Shown in pieces: positions 60,757 to 64,000 of a DNA stretch of 64,000 nucleotides. Where the stretch lies: contig OZ252149.1 in assembly GCA_965248755.1 (NCBI GenBank), forward strand, positions 1-64,000, in the 5' to 3' direction. Made by a program: the position numbers and the translations under genes. This DNA is from Candidatus Latescibacterota bacterium. GTDB taxonomy: Bacteria; Latescibacterota; CBDEFO01. Below the pieces are notes generated by a model. The model was not told where the DNA came from, searched no databases, and worked only from the letters and a program-made list of their open reading frames with translations. Each line of letters opens with the position of its first letter. The first letter of the stretch is position 1.

Positions 60757-63567
60757 ATGTTCAAGACACACTTTTACATAGCGTTCTGGATGTTAGTCGC
60801 TTCCAATGCGCCTGTCTATGCACAGGAGCGGCCTGTTGTGACATCTATTAATCCCAGTTCCGGCCCGGAATTGAGGGCCACACTTGTGCGGATAAATGGG
60901 AGCAATTTCCAAGGGGGAGTTACTGTTACTTTCGGAGATATGCCAGCTACAGATGTGCGCCGCATAAGGTCCTCTATCGTTGATGCTAAGACTCCCGCTC
61001 ATCCTGCCGGCACTGTGGACGTGATAGTCACAAATCCTGACGGTCAGGCAAACACACTTGAGAACGGATTTACTTTTGCTGTTGCTCCTGTTGTGACATC
61101 TATTGATCCCACTTCTGGCAAAGAAATAGGTCTGACATCTGTGACGATAACAGGGAGCAATTTCCAGAGCGGAGCGACCGTTACTTTTAGTGGTAGAGCA
61201 GCCACAAATGTGGTCGTAGTGTCCCCTACTGTCATCACCGCTATGACTCCCTCTCATCCTCCTGCTGGCACTGTAGATGTGACAGTCACAAATCCCGACC
61301 GTGGGGCAGGTACACTTGAGAATGGGTTTACCTTCCCCTTTGTTTCTGCTCCTGTTGTAACATCTATTGATCCCACTTCTGGCAAAGAAATAGGTCTGAC
61401 ATCTGTGACGATAACAGGGAGCAATTTCCAGAGCGGAGCGACTGTTACTGTTGGTGGTAGATCAGCTACAAACGTGGTCGTAGTGTCCCCTACTGTCATC
61501 ACCGCAACGGTTCCCTCTCATTCTGCTGGCACTGTAGATGTGACAGTCACAAATCCGGACCGTCAGTCAGGTACACTTGAGGATGGGTTTACCTTCCCCG
61601 TTTTTGCTGCTCCTGTTGTGACATCTATTGATCCCACTTCTGGCAAAGAAATAGGTCTGACATCTGTGACGATAACAGGGAGCAATTTCCAGAGCGGAGC
61701 GACTGTTACTGTTGGTGGTAGAGCACCCTCAAATGTGGTCGTAGTGTCCCCTACTGTCATCACCGCAACGGTTCCTTCTCATTCTGCTGGCACTGTAGAT
61801 GTCATAGTCACAAATCCGGACGGTCTGTCAGGTACACTTGAGGATGGGTTTACGTTCCCCGTTTTTGCCGCTCCTGTTGTGACATCTATCAATTCCACTT
61901 CTGGCCCACGAAGAGGTGGGAGACCTGTAACGATAGAGGGGAGCAATTTCCAGAGTGGAGCGACCCTTGTCTTTGGCGGCAGCAGTGCCACAACGGTGGT
62001 CGTAGAGTCCCCCACTGTCATCAGCGCTATGACGCCCTCTCGCAGGGATGGCACTGTGGATGTGACAATCAGAAATCCTGACGGACAGGCAGGTACACTT
62101 GAGGATGGGTATACCTTCTCCGACGCCCAGGAGTTGGCAGTGCGCGAGTTGCGACAGGTCTTTGCGGCGAACCTCTTCGTCGAACCGGTGCTTCTGACAC
62201 ACGCAGGAGACGGGAGCGACCGCATCTTCGTCGTCGAGTTGGCTGGTCGCATCAAAGTCATGCCGAACCGGGACGACGCGGTGGCGACCGATTTTGTCGA
62301 CATAAGGGATCGGGTGACCTACAGAGAGAATTCATCAGGGCTGCTCAGCGTGACCTTTCATCCGGAACACCGCACCAATGGGTTATTTTATGTATTCTAC
62401 AGTCGCGTCGACAGTGGCGGCAGTCTCTATTCACGACTATCCGAATTCCGTGTGTCCACCGATCCGAATGTCGCTGATGTAAACAGCGAACGCGTCCTGT
62501 TAGAGGTGCCCCAGACCGGCTTCCAGCACAACGGCGACCATCTCGCCTTCGGCCCCGACGGCATGCTCTACATGAGTCAGGGCACCGGGGGGGTGCCGGA
62601 GCAATTTCTGACCGCTCAGGATCCCACTAACTTGAAGGGCTCGATGCTACGCATCGACGTGGACGCACGCTCGGCGGGCCTGGAGTACGGTATCCCGCCT
62701 GACAATCCGTTCGTCGGCAACAGTCAGGATTGGCGCGAAGAGATCTGGGCATACGGCCTGCGCAACCCCTGGCGCTTCAGCTTCGACAGGAGAAGCGGTC
62801 TGCTGTGGTTGGGAGACGTCGCGTGGGGTTTGTGGGAGGAGATCGTTATCATCGAAAAGGGCGCCAACTACGGCTGGCCCACGATGGGGGGATCTCAGTG
62901 CAACTCCAGTCTTTCACGAAACACTGCAATAGCTGGCTGCGACAGGGAAGGCCTTACCCTGCCCGCGTTCGAGTACGGTCACAGTGACGGTACCGGTGCC
63001 TCGGTTACGGGCGGATACGTCTATCGCGGCGCCCGTCTGAGCGGGTTATACGGAGTCTATATCTACGGCGATTTCGTATTCAAGAGAATTTGGGGCCTGC
63101 GCTACGAAGAAGGTGAGGTGCGCTCTAACGACCTGATTGCCACCTCTCCGGCGGCCATCGTTAGCTTCGGCGAAGACGAGAGCGGGGAGGTTTACATCGT
63201 GGGATTCGACGATGGGCGGATCTACGCATTTGAGCCGCTGCCGGGTGAGATGCCGACCGTAGTCCTATCAGAAGAGAGCGAACTGCCCCGAGCACACGCG
63301 CTGCACCAGAACTATCCCAATCCGTTTAATCCCCAGACAGTGATCCATTACGATCTTCCTGTTGGAGACCACGTTGATGTATCTATCTTCAATCTCATGG
63401 GACAGAAGGTTGCAACATTGGTAGATGACCACAGATCGGCTGGTAGCTACTCTTTAGTATGGGATGGCAAAGATGATAATCAAAAGAACCTTGCCAGCGG
63501 AGTCTATTTCTATCGGATGGAGACGGATGGATTCGTGCAGACAAGAAAGATGATCCTAACGAGGTAA
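60757..63567 (+). CDS. Secreted 5x IPT/TIG plus PQQ-dependent sugar dehydrogenase (GSDH) plus FlgD-like CTD protein
   Basis: Signal peptide, PVVTSI.P.SG repeats, HNGD.LAFGPDG, AYGLRNPWR, QNYPNPFNP. Confidence 0.9.
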   Translation: MFKTHFYIAFWMLVASNAPVYAQERPVVTSINPSSGPELRATLVRINGSNFQGGVTVTFGDMPATDVRRIRSSIVDAKTPAHPAGTVDVIVTNPDGQANTLENGFTFAVAPVVTSIDPTSGKEIGLTSVTITGSNFQSGATVTFSGRAATNVVVVSPTVITAMTPSHPPAGTVDVTVTNPDRGAGTLENGFTFPFVSAPVVTSIDPTSGKEIGLTSVTITGSNFQSGATVTVGGRSATNVVVVSPTVITATVPSHSAGTVDVTVTNPDRQSGTLEDGFTFPVFAAPVVTSIDPTSGKEIGLTSVTITGSNFQSGATVTVGGRAPSNVVVVSPTVITATVPSHSAGTVDVIVTNPDGLSGTLEDGFTFPVFAAPVVTSINSTSGPRRGGRPVTIEGSNFQSGATLVFGGSSATTVVVESPTVISAMTPSRRDGTVDVTIRNPDGQAGTLEDGYTFSDAQELAVRELRQVFAANLFVEPVLLTHAGDGSDRIFVVELAGRIKVMPNRDDAVATDFVDIRDRVTYRENSSGLLSVTFHPEHRTNGLFYVFYSRVDSGGSLYSRLSEFRVSTDPNVADVNSERVLLEVPQTGFQHNGDHLAFGPDGMLYMSQGTGGVPEQFLTAQDPTNLKGSMLRIDVDARSAGLEYGIPPDNPFVGNSQDWREEIWAYGLRNPWRFSFDRRSGLLWLGDVAWGLWEEIVIIEKGANYGWPTMGGSQCNSSLSRNTAIAGCDREGLTLPAFEYGHSDGTGASVTGGYVYRGARLSGLYGVYIYGDFVFKRIWGLRYEEGEVRSNDLIATSPAAIVSFGEDESGEVYIVGFDDGRIYAFEPLPGEMPTVVLSEESELPRAHALHQNYPNPFNPQTVIHYDLPVGDHVDVSIFNLMGQKVATLVDDHRSAGSYSLVWDGKDDNQKNLASGVYFYRMETDGFVQTRKMILTR
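61084..61869 (+). repeat. Near-identical intragenic IPT/TIG repeats
   Basis: Units start at 61084, 61348, 61609 (and 61870), periods 264/261/261 bp. Confidence 0.9.
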
Positions 63568-63600
63568 TACAGTTCCCTGTAGTGAAAGGAGATGGCAACC

Positions 63601-64000
63601 ATGCTGAAGACACGCTTTTGCATATTAGTTTGGCTGTTAGTCGCTTTGAATGCGACTGTCTATGCACAGGATGAACCTCCTGTCGTGAGCTCTATTATTC
63701 CCAATACCGGCCCGGAATTGAGGGCCACACTTGTGCGGATAAATGGGAGCAATTTCCAAGGGGGAGTTACTGTTACTTTCGGAGATATGCAAGCTACAGA
63801 ATTGCGCCAGCATAGGTCCTCTATCGTTGATGTTAAGACTCCCGCTCATCCTGCCGGTACTGTGGATGTAACAGTTACCAATCCCGACGGTCAGGCAGAC
63901 ACTACTGAGAACGGATTTACTTTTGTCCCTGCCCTTTTTGGAATCAAAACAGACTATCATGTTGATGGTTCTGTTAATTCAGTCTTCGGTGCGGATTTGG
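63601..64000 (+). CDS. Paralogous secreted IPT/TIG plus FG-GAP protein, runs off window end
   Basis: Open frame MLKTRFCIL...YAQDEPPVV..., IPT domain near-identical to the first IPT of 60757, then ...SVFGADL. Confidence 0.82.
   Translation, partial: MLKTRFCILVWLLVALNATVYAQDEPPVVSSIIPNTGPELRATLVRINGSNFQGGVTVTFGDMQATELRQHRSSIVDVKTPAHPAGTVDVTVTNPDGQADTTENGFTFVPALFGIKTDYHVDGSVNSVFGADL

Overview
Bacterial chromosomal window, probably from an uncultured FCB-group lineage such as Latescibacterota or KSB1 (inferred from FlgD/T9SS-like C-terminal sorting domains, a group II GGGP synthase and overall gene order; not confirmed). The housekeeping backbone is tadA, 2x tRNA-Ser, tRNA-Ala, long SRP RNA, dnaX-ybaB-recR, pgsA-pgpA-cinA, thpR-recA-recX-alaS, a queE-queC-queF-queC cluster and transketolase. 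The standout is a ~9 kb island (15.5-24.2 kb) built as an unusual integron: the C-terminal stump of an integron integrase, then four diverged tandem copies of an attI-like platform, each ending exactly at a GTT crossover core and each followed by its own cassette(s). Three complete attC sites, two half attC sites and a twice-repeated 3' flank are visible. Cassette cargo includes a formaldehyde dehydrogenase two-gene unit, two toxin-antitoxin pairs and a DUF2806 gene. Also present are two near-identical 1626-bp IS1380 copies with 5-bp TSDs, a 387-bp internally deleted derivative, a second accessory region (HEPN-like genes, PhyH dioxygenase, remnants of a P4-like satellite), a domain-shuffled family of secreted proteins, and many pseudogenes with large internal deletions. 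All calls come from reading motifs by eye; no database searches were run.
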